Below, in pieces: positions 7,333-16,029 of a DNA stretch of 32,000 bases; the stretch's first letter is position 1, and every line of letters starts with the position of its first letter. The stretch comes from Candidatus Saccharimonas aalborgensis (GTDB lineage: Bacteria > Patescibacteriota > Saccharimonadia > Saccharimonadales > Saccharimonadaceae). The translations under genes and the position numbers were made by a program. The stretch spans positions 300,001 through 332,000 of the forward strand of contig NC_021219.1 in assembly GCF_000392435.1 (NCBI RefSeq), read 5' to 3'. The notes beneath the pieces are model-generated. The model was not told the DNA's origin. It worked only from the letters and a program-made list of their open reading frames with translations, and made no database searches.

Positions 7333-9025
7333 CAGATAGTCGTTTACCGACATATACGAGTACCGATAAGCCAAATAACAATATAAGAAGTCTCCAAATT
7401 CCTTCCCGACTCGTTGAGTCCGGCGTGATACCTATACGGCTGTCCCCGCCATCCCGGACACCAGCAACATGAGATATCGGTAGGTTTCTCGATATAACAC
7501 CGCTAGCAGTTGTACTACTGTCTTGATCGCTCTCGATAGCCCATTCAGTCCCATGATATTGCTTCATTGGAACAACATTATTGCTCGGCTCGTCATTCCG
7601 TGGCAAGGTTGCAAAAACCGATAGATCACATGAGTCATCGATACTATTTCGGTTTACATCCCGACCGCTAGGTGTTGCAAACGCGCATGTATCCTGGGCG
7701 TCCAAGATACCATCGTCATCATAATCACCCTCGGGACCTTCGACAAATACCTCATGATACAGATTGTAAACTCTTCCACTGGTAAGCATTCCGTTGAGAT
7801 GAATCGTATGCCAACCAGCAGCTAGTGAGGGAGATAGGTGGTCAATTTCAAGCCGATAATCTCCATTAGGTTGTTTTGTCATCCTGCCTAGCTCGTACGG
7901 CAGGGAGTGGATACTAACTACCGGCGCAGATACCGAGTCGGGGACAAGTTCATTGTATGTTTCAGCGGACAAGACAATGCTTCCTGGCTGATCTTGCTGC
8001 AAGCTGTCGTTTACTGTCTGACCACTGGCCGCCACGTGCGTAACACCCAAGCCCTGTCCTATTCGTCCGTACACAACATCTGGTAGGTCGGCGACGCCCG
8101 TTATATAATCACCTGCTCGTGGCACGCCCATATCTGGCCCACCTGGGCAAATAACTATCGTATTACACGAGGAGCTATAGAGTAGGTCACTGCCAAGTCC
8201 TGCAACCATCTGATCGTACATGAGTTGGTGCCCCTTCGCATTTGGATGGAGGATTTCCTGGAGGCGGTTTGTCAGCGCAGTTGTTGGGCTAACAAAAAAC
8301 GGCGCAAGTTGTTGGCCCATTCGTTCTGACTCGTACTTGCTCAAAAAACTAAAGTCGGCGGTATTGTGTAATGTACCCAATATCTCACCATACTTCTTTA
8401 TATTCTCATCTGCGTGTACTTTATCCTTCATATATTCGGTCATGATTCCTTTGATGATGATTGCATTCACTCCATTGACCGCAGTCCCATCTCCACATAA
8501 CCTGCTTGCCCCTATCGCATTAGATACATCAATATAGGTGATGTTTGCATCATGCGCAGCACTCTTGATCACGGCATTCAAATACATGACGAACTGATTT
8601 ATTGCGACTCGGTCATCACGCGTCATCGATCCAACAATGAGTTCACTCCCACAACTATCGGCTTGATCATCTATAAAGGTCGGATAGCCGATAGCGTATA
8701 TCTTTGTACTTGGTGAAGCAGTTTGCAATTGACGATACATCGCCTTTAGACGCGGATAGAGGTTGGATATATCTTTTGCCGTTGCAGCTTTTCCCTCGAC
8801 TGTTGCTAGATGGCAATCCGCCGTAGCAGTCACGGCTGATAACTGGATACTCTCTAGAATGCATGTCGTGAGTGCCGGAGCAAAACCCGCATCGTTTCCA
8901 CCGATCGACACCGTTAGTACTGCAGGTTTAACACTATGAACAAAGTTAATCTGCTGAATCCTTCCTGGTGTATATGTGCTGTACGCCGACGCTTGAAGCT
9001 GCGTAGCATTTGCTATTCCCTCCAA
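7319..9025 (-). CDS. Fragment: second half of the SGNH domain, Ca-binding-like repeat, TM anchor
   Basis: ORF track from TTG 9025, same frame as 9044..10300; IGGNDAGF and LHPNAKGH motifs; 3' end overlaps convergent pilin ORF by 14 nt. Confidence 0.6.
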   Translation of the reverse strand: MEGIANATQLQASAYSTYTPGRIQQINFVHSVKPAVLTVSIGGNDAGFAPALTTCILESIQLSAVTATADCHLATVEGKAATAKDISNLYPRLKAMYRQLQTASPSTKIYAIGYPTFIDDQADSCGSELIVGSMTRDDRVAINQFVMYLNAVIKSAAHDANITYIDVSNAIGASRLCGDGTAVNGVNAIIIKGIMTEYMKDKVHADENIKKYGEILGTLHNTADFSFLSKYESERMGQQLAPFFVSPTTALTNRLQEILHPNAKGHQLMYDQMVAGLGSDLLYSSSCNTIVICPGGPDMGVPRAGDYITGVADLPDVVYGRIGQGLGVTHVAASGQTVNDSLQQDQPGSIVLSAETYNELVPDSVSAPVVSIHSLPYELGRMTKQPNGDYRLEIDHLSPSLAAGWHTIHLNGMLTSGRVYNLYHEVFVEGPEGDYDDDGILDAQDTCAFATPSGRDVNRNSIDDSCDLSVFATLPRNDEPSNNVVPMKQYHGTEWAIESDQDSSTTASGVISRNLPISHVAGVRDGGDSRIGITPDSTSREGIWRLLILLFGLSVLVYVGKRLSATDK

Positions 9026-9043
9026 CCTAGGTTTTGGCTTTAA

Positions 9044-10300
9044 TTACCATGCAGCGGCATTGGTGGATTGGCCCATATATTCTAGTAAGACGTCGTTTGA
9101 TGGATCTTCGGACCAAACATCACGTATGACCGCCCCGGAACATGCAACTGACTGGCTATCTTGGGTATACACGAGTGACATTCCCGCAGCGAGCAGCATA
9201 GGATACGAATTTTTGCTGATATGACAGTTTTCTCTGGGGATATTTGCAGAATAATCACCAAATATATTTGTACCTTCGATGTAATTCCCATCATTGAGAT
9301 CGCCCTCACCGCTTGAGAAAGAATCACCTAATGCAAGGTACTGTAGGACAGGCTGCGGTTGATAGAAAATCTGGTGCCAGACATGGTTGTCATAGTATAT
9401 TAAAGCTGCTTTGTCCTGGGATAATAAGGGATGATCGTAAATCCTAATACCGCCAGACTGTGGTGAAGCCGGTTCAGAGAAACCATATACGTAGTCTCTT
9501 AGATCTCTATAGGGACACGGGGTTACCATTATACCAGGCGAATTTTCTGAAAAATTATAATCTTCTGCCGCCGCTACACATCCCGCATTAGCTTCAAGAA
9601 CCCAAACAGCCTCAGTCCTACCAACAGCCCCCATCGTATATCCGTCGTTTGAGATAAAACCGTGCATATTTGGGCTTGGATCAGTATGACCAACTGTAAA
9701 ATCCTTGTGCGCCAGGACAATGCTCGTATTTGTTTCAAGATCATAGCGAACTAATCTATCAGAGTCAAACAGTATCAACCAGCGACCATTGGGGGACACG
9801 CCATACCCATATGTCCCGATGATACTTCCATCCTTTTGCTTTAGAGTATCAACTATTCCCAATACCCTATAGGTACGCGTGCTACTTTCATACTCGAGTT
9901 GTGACGGGAAATCCATAAAACGATATATGTTATAGCCATAGAATGAGGGTGTCGTAATCGGTACTAATAAATCTTTTGATCTAGACTGGTGAATAATTGC
10001 GCTTGGCTTAAAGTTACTCACAGGAGTCAATATACCTTTTGATATATTATCGCCAATAGCGACGGCTATTCCCGACTCACCATATATTATTGGATAGGTA
10101 CCGTAGGATCTCTCGAAATGAACGTATACATAGCCATTTCCATGATAGACACACATCTCGTGTGGATCACTCTCGGTAGGGTCTGGATACTGTTGATGTG
10201 GATCTGTTTCAATAGACCATATTGACTTGATGCACGGCTCTGGCTGCTGCTCGGTCATATACTCGTGAGAAATTTGTGGCGACGTGACCCAGTTTGTCAT
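9044..10300 (-). CDS. Fragment: beta-propeller-like region plus the first half of the SGNH domain
   Basis: ORF track; contains block I Ser motif GDSFSSGEGD and ACSGA, then TAA at 9046-9044. Confidence 0.6.
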   Translation of the reverse strand: MTNWVTSPQISHEYMTEQQPEPCIKSIWSIETDPHQQYPDPTESDPHEMCVYHGNGYVYVHFERSYGTYPIIYGESGIAVAIGDNISKGILTPVSNFKPSAIIHQSRSKDLLVPITTPSFYGYNIYRFMDFPSQLEYESSTRTYRVLGIVDTLKQKDGSIIGTYGYGVSPNGRWLILFDSDRLVRYDLETNTSIVLAHKDFTVGHTDPSPNMHGFISNDGYTMGAVGRTEAVWVLEANAGCVAAAEDYNFSENSPGIMVTPCPYRDLRDYVYGFSEPASPQSGGIRIYDHPLLSQDKAALIYYDNHVWHQIFYQPQPVLQYLALGDSFSSGEGDLNDGNYIEGTNIFGDYSANIPRENCHISKNSYPMLLAAGMSLVYTQDSQSVACSGAVIRDVWSEDPSNDVLLEYMGQSTNAAAW

Positions 10301-10463
10301 AACCCTGTTAGCACTTGCGGGAACTTACGAAACAAACAACGCGGCCACACTGACAGCAACCAGCAATAGACCAGAGCCCCGTCTTATTTGACTAGGTTTA
10401 GTAAAAACTCTCTTCATAACTACTGTTATTGTACGAAAAGAGCCCCCCAATACAAAGCGTAAT

Positions 10464-11726
10464 CTAGTTGAACTGGACGAGGAACGCTTTTACTTCCTCA
10501 CGCATATGCGCAAGTGCCGTTTCGTCGTCTCGACTTTCGACCGCTTGCTTCATCCACTCTGCGATCTGTGACATGTGGTTTTCCTTCAACCCTCTTGTTG
10601 TCATTGCGGGTGTACCAAGTCTGATACCGCTAGGACGAAATGGCGGCAGCGGGTCATCTGGTACGGCATTTTTATTGAGTGTTAGTCCGATCTTGTCGAG
10701 AGCTTCCTCGACAACGCCTCCATCGACACCAAAACTTTTATATACATCAGCCAAAATTAGGTGGTTACTCGTGCCGCCCGTGACCAATTTGAAGCCGCGC
10801 GCTTGAAGTTCACTTGCCAATACTACCGCGTTCTTAACGATTTGGGCCGCGTAGTCACGAAACTCTGGTCGAAGAGCCTCACCAAACGCGACTGCCTTGG
10901 CCGCAATTACGTGCATGAGAGGGCCGCCCTGAGTACCTGGAAACACCGCCCGATCAATCAATGTCGGAATATTTTCGATCGTTTTTTCGGGTGCACGCAG
11001 AGGATTGCCTACCACACCACGGCTCAAAATCATCCCGCCGCGCGGACCACGTAGTGTTTTGTGAGTAGTCGTTGTAATTACGTGAAAGCCATAGTCAAAT
11101 GGGTTTTTTGCGACTCCTCCGACAATTAAGCCAGCAATGTGCGACATGTCCGCCACCATCAAGGCACCAACTTCAGCCCCAATCTCTGCAAACTTTGCAT
11201 AATCTAGTTCTCTTGGATATGCGCTAAAACCCGCCATAATCAGTTTTGGCTTATGCTCACGCGCAAGACGGCGCAACTCATCATAATCAATTTCGCCAGT
11301 TTCTACATTTTTCATCTTATAGCGGACAAAATTGTACTGCTTGGCACTCCGAGTGACAGGAGCTCCGTGGGTCAGGTGTCCCCCATGGCTCAAATCCATA
11401 GCCAGAACGGTATCACCGGGCTCTAGCCACGCGAAATACACGGCTTCGTTTGCCTGCGCGCCGCTATGCGGTTGAACATTTGCGTGGTCAGCACCAAACA
11501 ATTTTTTTGCCCTCTCGATAGCAAGCAATTCAACTTTGTCGGTATACTCCTGGCCACCATAGTAGCGCTTACCCGGATACCCTTCCGAGTATTTATTTGT
11601 GAACACGCTCCCCATTGCATGTAGGACGTCTTGGCTGACGTAATTTTCACTAGGTATAAGTTCGAGTCCGTCCTTTTGACGCTGTTCCTCTGCGGCAATA
11701 AGTGCGGCAACAATATCATCTTGCAT
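10464..11726 (-). CDS. glyA: Serine hydroxymethyltransferase
   Basis: [65 protein letters not shown] (PLP Lys), [27 protein letters not shown] upstream. Confidence 0.97.
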   Translation of the reverse strand: MQDDIVAALIAAEEQRQKDGLELIPSENYVSQDVLHAMGSVFTNKYSEGYPGKRYYGGQEYTDKVELLAIERAKKLFGADHANVQPHSGAQANEAVYFAWLEPGDTVLAMDLSHGGHLTHGAPVTRSAKQYNFVRYKMKNVETGEIDYDELRRLAREHKPKLIMAGFSAYPRELDYAKFAEIGAEVGALMVADMSHIAGLIVGGVAKNPFDYGFHVITTTTHKTLRGPRGGMILSRGVVGNPLRAPEKTIENIPTLIDRAVFPGTQGGPLMHVIAAKAVAFGEALRPEFRDYAAQIVKNAVVLASELQARGFKLVTGGTSNHLILADVYKSFGVDGGVVEEALDKIGLTLNKNAVPDDPLPPFRPSGIRLGTPAMTTRGLKENHMSQIAEWMKQAVESRDDETALAHMREEVKAFLVQFN

Positions 11727-11803
11727 TGGTTTATCTCCCTTTAGATTGATGTTATTTGAAGAGATTTGTTGCTATATCATGCCTATATTGTATCACTATT
11801 GTA

Positions 11804-11821
11804 TATATATCATGTGTGATA
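11804..11821. promoter_or_regulatory. Putative operator for the XRE-MurA protein
   Basis: TATATCA-TGTG-TGATATA perfect inverted repeat 12 nt before ATG 11834; extra half-site TATATCA at 11773-11779. Confidence 0.45.
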
Positions 11822-11833
11822 TATGCTGATGAC

Positions 11834-13357
11834 ATGGGTACCGCAAAATATCTCCGGAATATCGGTAAGCTTATCCAGGAAACTCGCCAAGCGAGAGGTT
11901 TGACACAAGCAGAATTGGCTACTGAGCTAGGGACCAGTCAAAGTGCCATCAACCGGATAGAAAAAGGTGGGCAAAATATCAGTCTTGAGATGATTGCACG
12001 GATTGGCGAAGTACTTTCAAGCGAAATTGTGCGCATCAATAATTCAGGGAAAACGAATTTTTATATTACGGGTGGCCACACACTAAAGGGTACGATAGAG
12101 GTAAAAACCAGCAAGAATGCTGCAGTGGCCCTCCTCTGTGCTACACTTCTCAATAAAGGTAAGACCACCCTACGTCGAGTTGCGCGCATCGAAGAAGTCA
12201 ACCGTATCATTGAAGTCTTAGAGAGTATTGGAGTAAAGTGTCGTTGGCTCGAGAATAACGATCTTGAAGTTACACCGCCAAAACGACTCAAGCTCGAAAA
12301 CATGGATGTAGAAGCGGCCAAAAGAACGCGTACTGTTATCATGTTTCTCGGCCCACTCCTTCATCAGTATTCGCACTTTAGTCTACCATTTGCTGGCGGG
12401 TGCAGCATTGGGACCAGGACTGTCGAGCCACACATGACCGGACTGGCACCATTCGGCCTCCATGTCGTCGCCACTTCTGATGCGTATCTCGCCACGACAC
12501 ATAAAAGGGAGGTGGGAAAAACGATCGTTCTCACCGAGCGTGGTGACACCGTAACGGAAAATGTCATTATGGCCGCAGCCCTCTACGATGGCGAGGTGAC
12601 TATCCGGAATGCGAGTCCTAACTATATGGTGCAAGATGTATGCTTTTTCCTTCAGAAACTTGGTGTCAAAATCGATGGGATCGGTACTACTGTCTTAAAG
12701 ATTCGTGGCCTAAAATCTATTAATAAAGCAGTTGAATACTACCCTTCCGAGGATCCGATCGAAGCGATGAGCTTCGTCGCTGCAGGTGTCGTCACAAACT
12801 CAGAAATAACTATCAAACGCGTCCCGATTGAGTTTATGGAACTTGAATTAGCAATGTTAGAGGGAATGGGGTTAAACTTCTCTACTACCGAAGAGTATCC
12901 CGCTCGAAATGGACACACACGACTTGTCGACGTATCACTCAAAAAATCAGTCTTACATGCTCCAAAAGATAAAATGCACTGCATGCCATTCCCGGGTATA
13001 AACATCGACAATCTTCCATTTCTTGGCTTATGCGCAACTGTGGCAGAGGGCCGAACACTTGTCCATGACTGGACATATGAAAACCGCGCTATTTACTTCA
13101 CCGAGCTCAGTAAACTCAACGCAGTGATCGAGATGGTTGACCCCCACCGTGTCTACATCACTGGTCCCACCAAATGGAAACCTGCTGATATCACCGCTCC
13201 GGCTGCACTTCGTCCGAGCGTTGTCATATTACTCGCCATGCTTGCCGCCCCTGGAAAATCTGTGCTACGTGATGTATATAGCATAAACCGCGGCTATGAA
13301 GATATTGCAAACCGTCTGAATAAAATTGGTGCTGAAATCGAAACAATTTGGGAATAG
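11834..13357 (+). CDS. murA: XRE-type HTH domain fused to UDP-N-acetylglucosamine 1-carboxyvinyltransferase (MurA)
   Basis: N-term IGKLIQETRQARGLTQAELATELGTSQSAINRIEKGGQNISLEMIARI (HTH); then ITGGHTLKGTIEVKTSKNAAVALLCATLL and FAGGCSIGTRTVEPHMTGL (catalytic-Cys loop of MurA). Confidence 0.92.
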   Translation: MGTAKYLRNIGKLIQETRQARGLTQAELATELGTSQSAINRIEKGGQNISLEMIARIGEVLSSEIVRINNSGKTNFYITGGHTLKGTIEVKTSKNAAVALLCATLLNKGKTTLRRVARIEEVNRIIEVLESIGVKCRWLENNDLEVTPPKRLKLENMDVEAAKRTRTVIMFLGPLLHQYSHFSLPFAGGCSIGTRTVEPHMTGLAPFGLHVVATSDAYLATTHKREVGKTIVLTERGDTVTENVIMAAALYDGEVTIRNASPNYMVQDVCFFLQKLGVKIDGIGTTVLKIRGLKSINKAVEYYPSEDPIEAMSFVAAGVVTNSEITIKRVPIEFMELELAMLEGMGLNFSTTEEYPARNGHTRLVDVSLKKSVLHAPKDKMHCMPFPGINIDNLPFLGLCATVAEGRTLVHDWTYENRAIYFTELSKLNAVIEMVDPHRVYITGPTKWKPADITAPAALRPSVVILLAMLAAPGKSVLRDVYSINRGYEDIANRLNKIGAEIETIWE

Positions 13358-13360
13358 GCA

Positions 13361-13386
13361 CATAAAAACCGGACGACATGTCCGGT
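13361..13386 (-). terminator. Terminator downstream of tRNA-Gly
   Basis: ACCGGAC/GTCCGGT stem; on minus strand followed by TTTTTATG. Confidence 0.7.
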
Positions 13387-13394
13387 GCTTATCA

Positions 13395-13469
13395 TGGTGC
13401 GAGTGGCGAGAATCGAACTCGCGTCTCGAGCTTGGAAGGCTTGCATACTAGCCACTGTACGACACTCGC
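13395..13469 (-). tRNA. tRNA-Gly(TCC)
   Basis: GCGAGTG...CTTCCAA...GCGAGTTCGATTCTCGC CACTCGC ACCA. Confidence 0.93.
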
Positions 13470-13511
13470 AACAGTACTCAGTATACCAGTCGAATGTCGT
13501 ATAATAAAGAC

Positions 13512-13952
13512 ATGGTACGGTTTGCATCATTTCTAGGATCAGACGATAGCTCTCATTTTCATAGCAATACCATGGCAGATACCTCTTCTGCCCAGGAATC
13601 TTTTGGAACTACTCGCAATCTTACTTTCAACGAAAGACAGGTGATCAACAAGAATCGTCAACACATTCGAAGCTATAGAGATGCGGGTATCCTGCATACA
13701 TATCGCTCGGAAGCTCACGACAAAAAGGTTTCTGCCCAGGAGCAATCTGTTGAACAAACGGTGTCGAATGATCAATACAGCGAGCGACCACTCCCAAAAC
13801 AGATGACCCCGCAGAGTAGCCGCATCGATATCGTCAGACCAACTCGCCAAGGATTTAATGCAACAAAACCACCCGCCGCTCCCGCAAAACTCCCCTATCA
13901 ACGTCAGAGTTTCATTGAACCAACGTCTCGAAAATACAATCCCTTTGCCTAG
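13512..13952 (+). CDS. Hypothetical soluble/low-complexity protein
   Basis: ORF 13494..13952; start set at 13512 because TATAAT (13500-13505) lies 6 nt upstream. No recognised domain. Confidence 0.5.
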   Translation: MVRFASFLGSDDSSHFHSNTMADTSSAQESFGTTRNLTFNERQVINKNRQHIRSYRDAGILHTYRSEAHDKKVSAQEQSVEQTVSNDQYSERPLPKQMTPQSSRIDIVRPTRQGFNATKPPAAPAKLPYQRQSFIEPTSRKYNPFA

Positions 13953-14014
13953 AAACATAACAGATGACAAAACTGGGTTTCTTTGCTACAATAGCAACCG
14001 CTGCATATAGATAT

Positions 14015-14092
14015 GGCGGATGTAGCTCAGTCGGTTAGAGCGCTGGATTGTGGCTCCGGAGGCCGTGGGTTCGACCCCCATCATTCGCCCCA
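14015..14092 (+). tRNA. tRNA-His(GTG) with encoded G-1 and CCA
   Basis: G GCGGATG TA GCTC...ATTGTGG...CATTCGC C CCA. Promoter ATGACA (13964-13969)-N17-TACAAT (13987-13992). Confidence 0.92.
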
Positions 14093-14130
14093 AAGAAAGT
14101 ATGTATCTCACGATATGTGCTTTCTTTTGT

Positions 14131-14136
14131 TATAAT
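14131..14136 (+). promoter_or_regulatory. -10 box TATAAT ahead of the tRNA-like fragment / tRNA-Arg pair
   Basis: TTGTTATAATGACCCTATGCCCCG. Confidence 0.45.
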
Positions 14137-14144
14137 GACCCTAT

Positions 14145-14206
14145 GCCCCGATAGCTCAGTTGGGGAGCCATCAGCAAAGATAGTGCAACTCTGCTCTATC
14201 CAACTG
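14145..14206 (+). pseudogene. Truncated tRNA 5' half plus inverted tRNA D-arm/anticodon-stem copy
   Basis: 14145-14163 GCCCCGATAGCTCAGTTGG matches the start of a tRNA but has no anticodon or T arm; 14189-14206 CTCTGCTCTATCCAACTG is the exact reverse complement of 14255-14272 in tRNA-Arg(TCT). Confidence 0.6.
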
Positions 14207-14242
14207 GTGATGATCAATCTTTGTCAGATTTTGAGCATTTTT

Positions 14243-14319
14243 GCCCCGGTAGCTCAGTTGGATAGAGCAGAGGACTTCTAAGCCTAAGGTCGCAGGTTCG
14301 ACCCCTGCCCGGGGTACCA
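14243..14319 (+). tRNA. tRNA-Arg(TCT), anticodon stem with two apparent mismatches
   Basis: GCCCCGG...GAGC A GAGGA CTTCTAA GCCTA AGGTC GCAGG TTCGACC CCTGC CCGGGGT ACCA. Confidence 0.82.
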
Positions 14320-14334
14320 CAAAAAATTGTCTAT

Positions 14335-14411
14335 GCCCCGTTAGCTCAACTGGATAGAGCATTGGTTTCCGGTACCAAAGGTTGCAGGTTCGACTCCCGT
14401 GCGGGGTACCA
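14335..14411 (+). tRNA. tRNA-Arg(CCG)
   Basis: GCCCCGT TA GCTC...TTGGT TTCCGGT ACCAA ...GCGGGGT ACCA; one A-C mismatch in T stem. Confidence 0.85.
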
Positions 14412-14506
14412 AAAACTCTTTGGTTATTTTTTGAAATTTCCCCCACCGAGATTTTCTGGATTTGGAAAAGAGTATTTCTTTTCGGGTGAGCTGTTGGTTT
14501 GCGACA

Positions 14507-14857
14507 CTAGCTGAGTTTTTCTCCACTACTGATATGAAAGTGTAAGTGTTTTGAGTCTTGGTATTTACCTAGATTTGTAAGTATTCTTGCTGCGCCTTGC
14601 TCTTGTTCAACTTTTGAGGCGATAGACTTCAGCACAGAAATTAATTCTTGCAGAATCACCTCGTCATGCTCTGAAAGTGTCGTAAATGAATCAATGTGTT
14701 TTTTCGGTACGACCACAATATGAACAGGCCAGAACGGTTTAGTGTGGTAAAAAGCGAGTACATTATCGCTTTCGTATTCTTTTGTTAGCTCAACATTACC
14801 CGCGATAGCGACATCACAGTAAAAATCGTTGCCTGTGTAGTTAGTTGCTGCCTTCAT
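14507..14857 (-). CDS. HIT family protein
   Basis: VLAFYHTKPFWPVHIVVVPKKHIDSF and C-terminal HLHFHI (HxHxH-type) motif. Confidence 0.85.
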   Translation of the reverse strand: MKAATNYTGNDFYCDVAIAGNVELTKEYESDNVLAFYHTKPFWPVHIVVVPKKHIDSFTTLSEHDEVILQELISVLKSIASKVEQEQGAARILTNLGKYQDSKHLHFHISSGEKLS

Positions 14858-15890
14858 AATCTCTCACCGCTGGTATTACGCCCTTATACGCCTGCTCGAA
14901 CTGTATGCTTTCTGCACTATACACCGCGTCATAAATACTCTCTTGCACGGCACGCGCTGCGGCGTGCCCAATGATATCGACTTGGGTATATAAACTGTCT
15001 TCCGTTTCTTGGAAGTATTGCAACTTGTCATTGAACGGATTTTTCAGCTCACCAGTACGAAATACAAAAACAGTGTCGCCGTCAGACGAAGTATGCACAG
15101 GATTTATCGCGCGAACTTGTCCATGCGAGGCAAGGTGCGCGACTTTTTCTAGATGCAATTTGCTGCCCAAATCAACGTTTATGCCAACAACAGATATTGT
15201 CGTGTTTGACCTGTCCTGCGTTACGAAATCTATCAACTCCTCATACGACTTAAACTTGGTGTTTTCATCTCTATTACCAGCAATAATTTCACCGTTAGGC
15301 GCAACTATGTTTCCTATTGCGTTCACAACTGACAGAGCAACGACAATTATGCCGTTACCCAAGTCTACACGAGCCGAGCCAACACCCGCTTTCATAGCAC
15401 CAGTTTTAGTGCCGCCCTCAACCCAACGGAACTTGCCGACAGATGTACCCGTACCAGCTCCGACATTACCACTTGTAATCGGTTTATTCGTTGCGTTTTC
15501 GTAGGCTTCGCGTCCATAGACGGGATCGTATGGCGCAATTTGCATACCTTGGTCATACACTACCGCGCCAGTAATGGACGGATTAAAGATTCGGTTATCG
15601 CTACCAGAACGTGAGCCCTTTTGGTCGCGGCACAAACATTCCATAATCTCACTTGCCGACATAAGTCCTGTATAGCTACCACCAGCGATGAAGATACCAT
15701 TTTCTCGGTAGCTCGTTTTATCTGCACGTATTGCTTCGGTATTGTACGCACCGACGCTTCCTCCACATGCTTTATACGCAACTTGGTAAGGTTTATCAAA
15801 AAGGATTACCGTACAACCCGTCAATTTGTCTAAGTGAGTAGCGTGTCCAACGCGAACACCGTTAAGAACAGTCAAAGTTTTGTTATCCAT
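14841..15890 (-). CDS. P1 family (DmpA/S58-like) peptidase
   Basis: LNGVRVGHATHLDKLTGCTVILFD, ENGIFIAGGSYTGLMSASEI, VGAGTGTSVGKFRWVEGGTKTGAMKAGVGSA. Confidence 0.8.
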   Translation of the reverse strand: MDNKTLTVLNGVRVGHATHLDKLTGCTVILFDKPYQVAYKACGGSVGAYNTEAIRADKTSYRENGIFIAGGSYTGLMSASEIMECLCRDQKGSRSGSDNRIFNPSITGAVVYDQGMQIAPYDPVYGREAYENATNKPITSGNVGAGTGTSVGKFRWVEGGTKTGAMKAGVGSARVDLGNGIIVVALSVVNAIGNIVAPNGEIIAGNRDENTKFKSYEELIDFVTQDRSNTTISVVGINVDLGSKLHLEKVAHLASHGQVRAINPVHTSSDGDTVFVFRTGELKNPFNDKLQYFQETEDSLYTQVDIIGHAAARAVQESIYDAVYSAESIQFEQAYKGVIPAVRDYEGSN

Positions 15891-16029
15891 AACTAAATAA
15901 TAACAGATATCCCCTCTACTTTGGACTGCGTACAGCGGCCCCGCCCTCGCTAGATGGCTCAGTATTTTGTACTAAAAGGTTCTAGCGGAGTTGTAAAACT
16001 CTACCATGATTTTGTGATACACTATGCTT

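Larger units (their letters stand above)
7319..10417 (-). pseudogene. Large secreted SGNH-hydrolase-like protein gene interrupted by two in-frame TAA codons (apparent pseudogene or readthrough gene)
   Basis: One continuous frame of 1033 codons from ATG 10417 to the terminal TAA, broken only by TAA at 10327-10325 and 9046-9044. Signal peptide MKRVFTKPSQIRRGSGLLLVAVSVAALFVS*VPASA; propeller-like repeats; YLALGDSFSSGEGD; VLTVSIGGNDAGF; LHPNAKGH; DYDDDGILDAQDTC Ca-binding-like repeat; C-terminal TM helix. Confidence 0.75.

Noticed and set aside
7319-10417. Alternative genetic code (TAA reassigned) to explain the split gene
   Set aside because: TAA is the terminal stop of this same gene and of ORF 5437..6204, and known patescibacterial recoding involves TGA, not TAA.
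11423-13011. Overlapping ORFs antisense to or inside glyA and murA (11423..11719, 12061..12342, 12364..12567, 12739..13011)
   Set aside because: Contained in clear conserved genes; no independent support.
14035-14526. Small ORFs 14035..14217, 14048..14281, 14171..14446, 14341..14526 on both strands
   Set aside because: They translate tRNA genes (for example VAQLDRAEDF, SRTCNLWYRKP, RAGVEPATLGLE), a well-known artefact.
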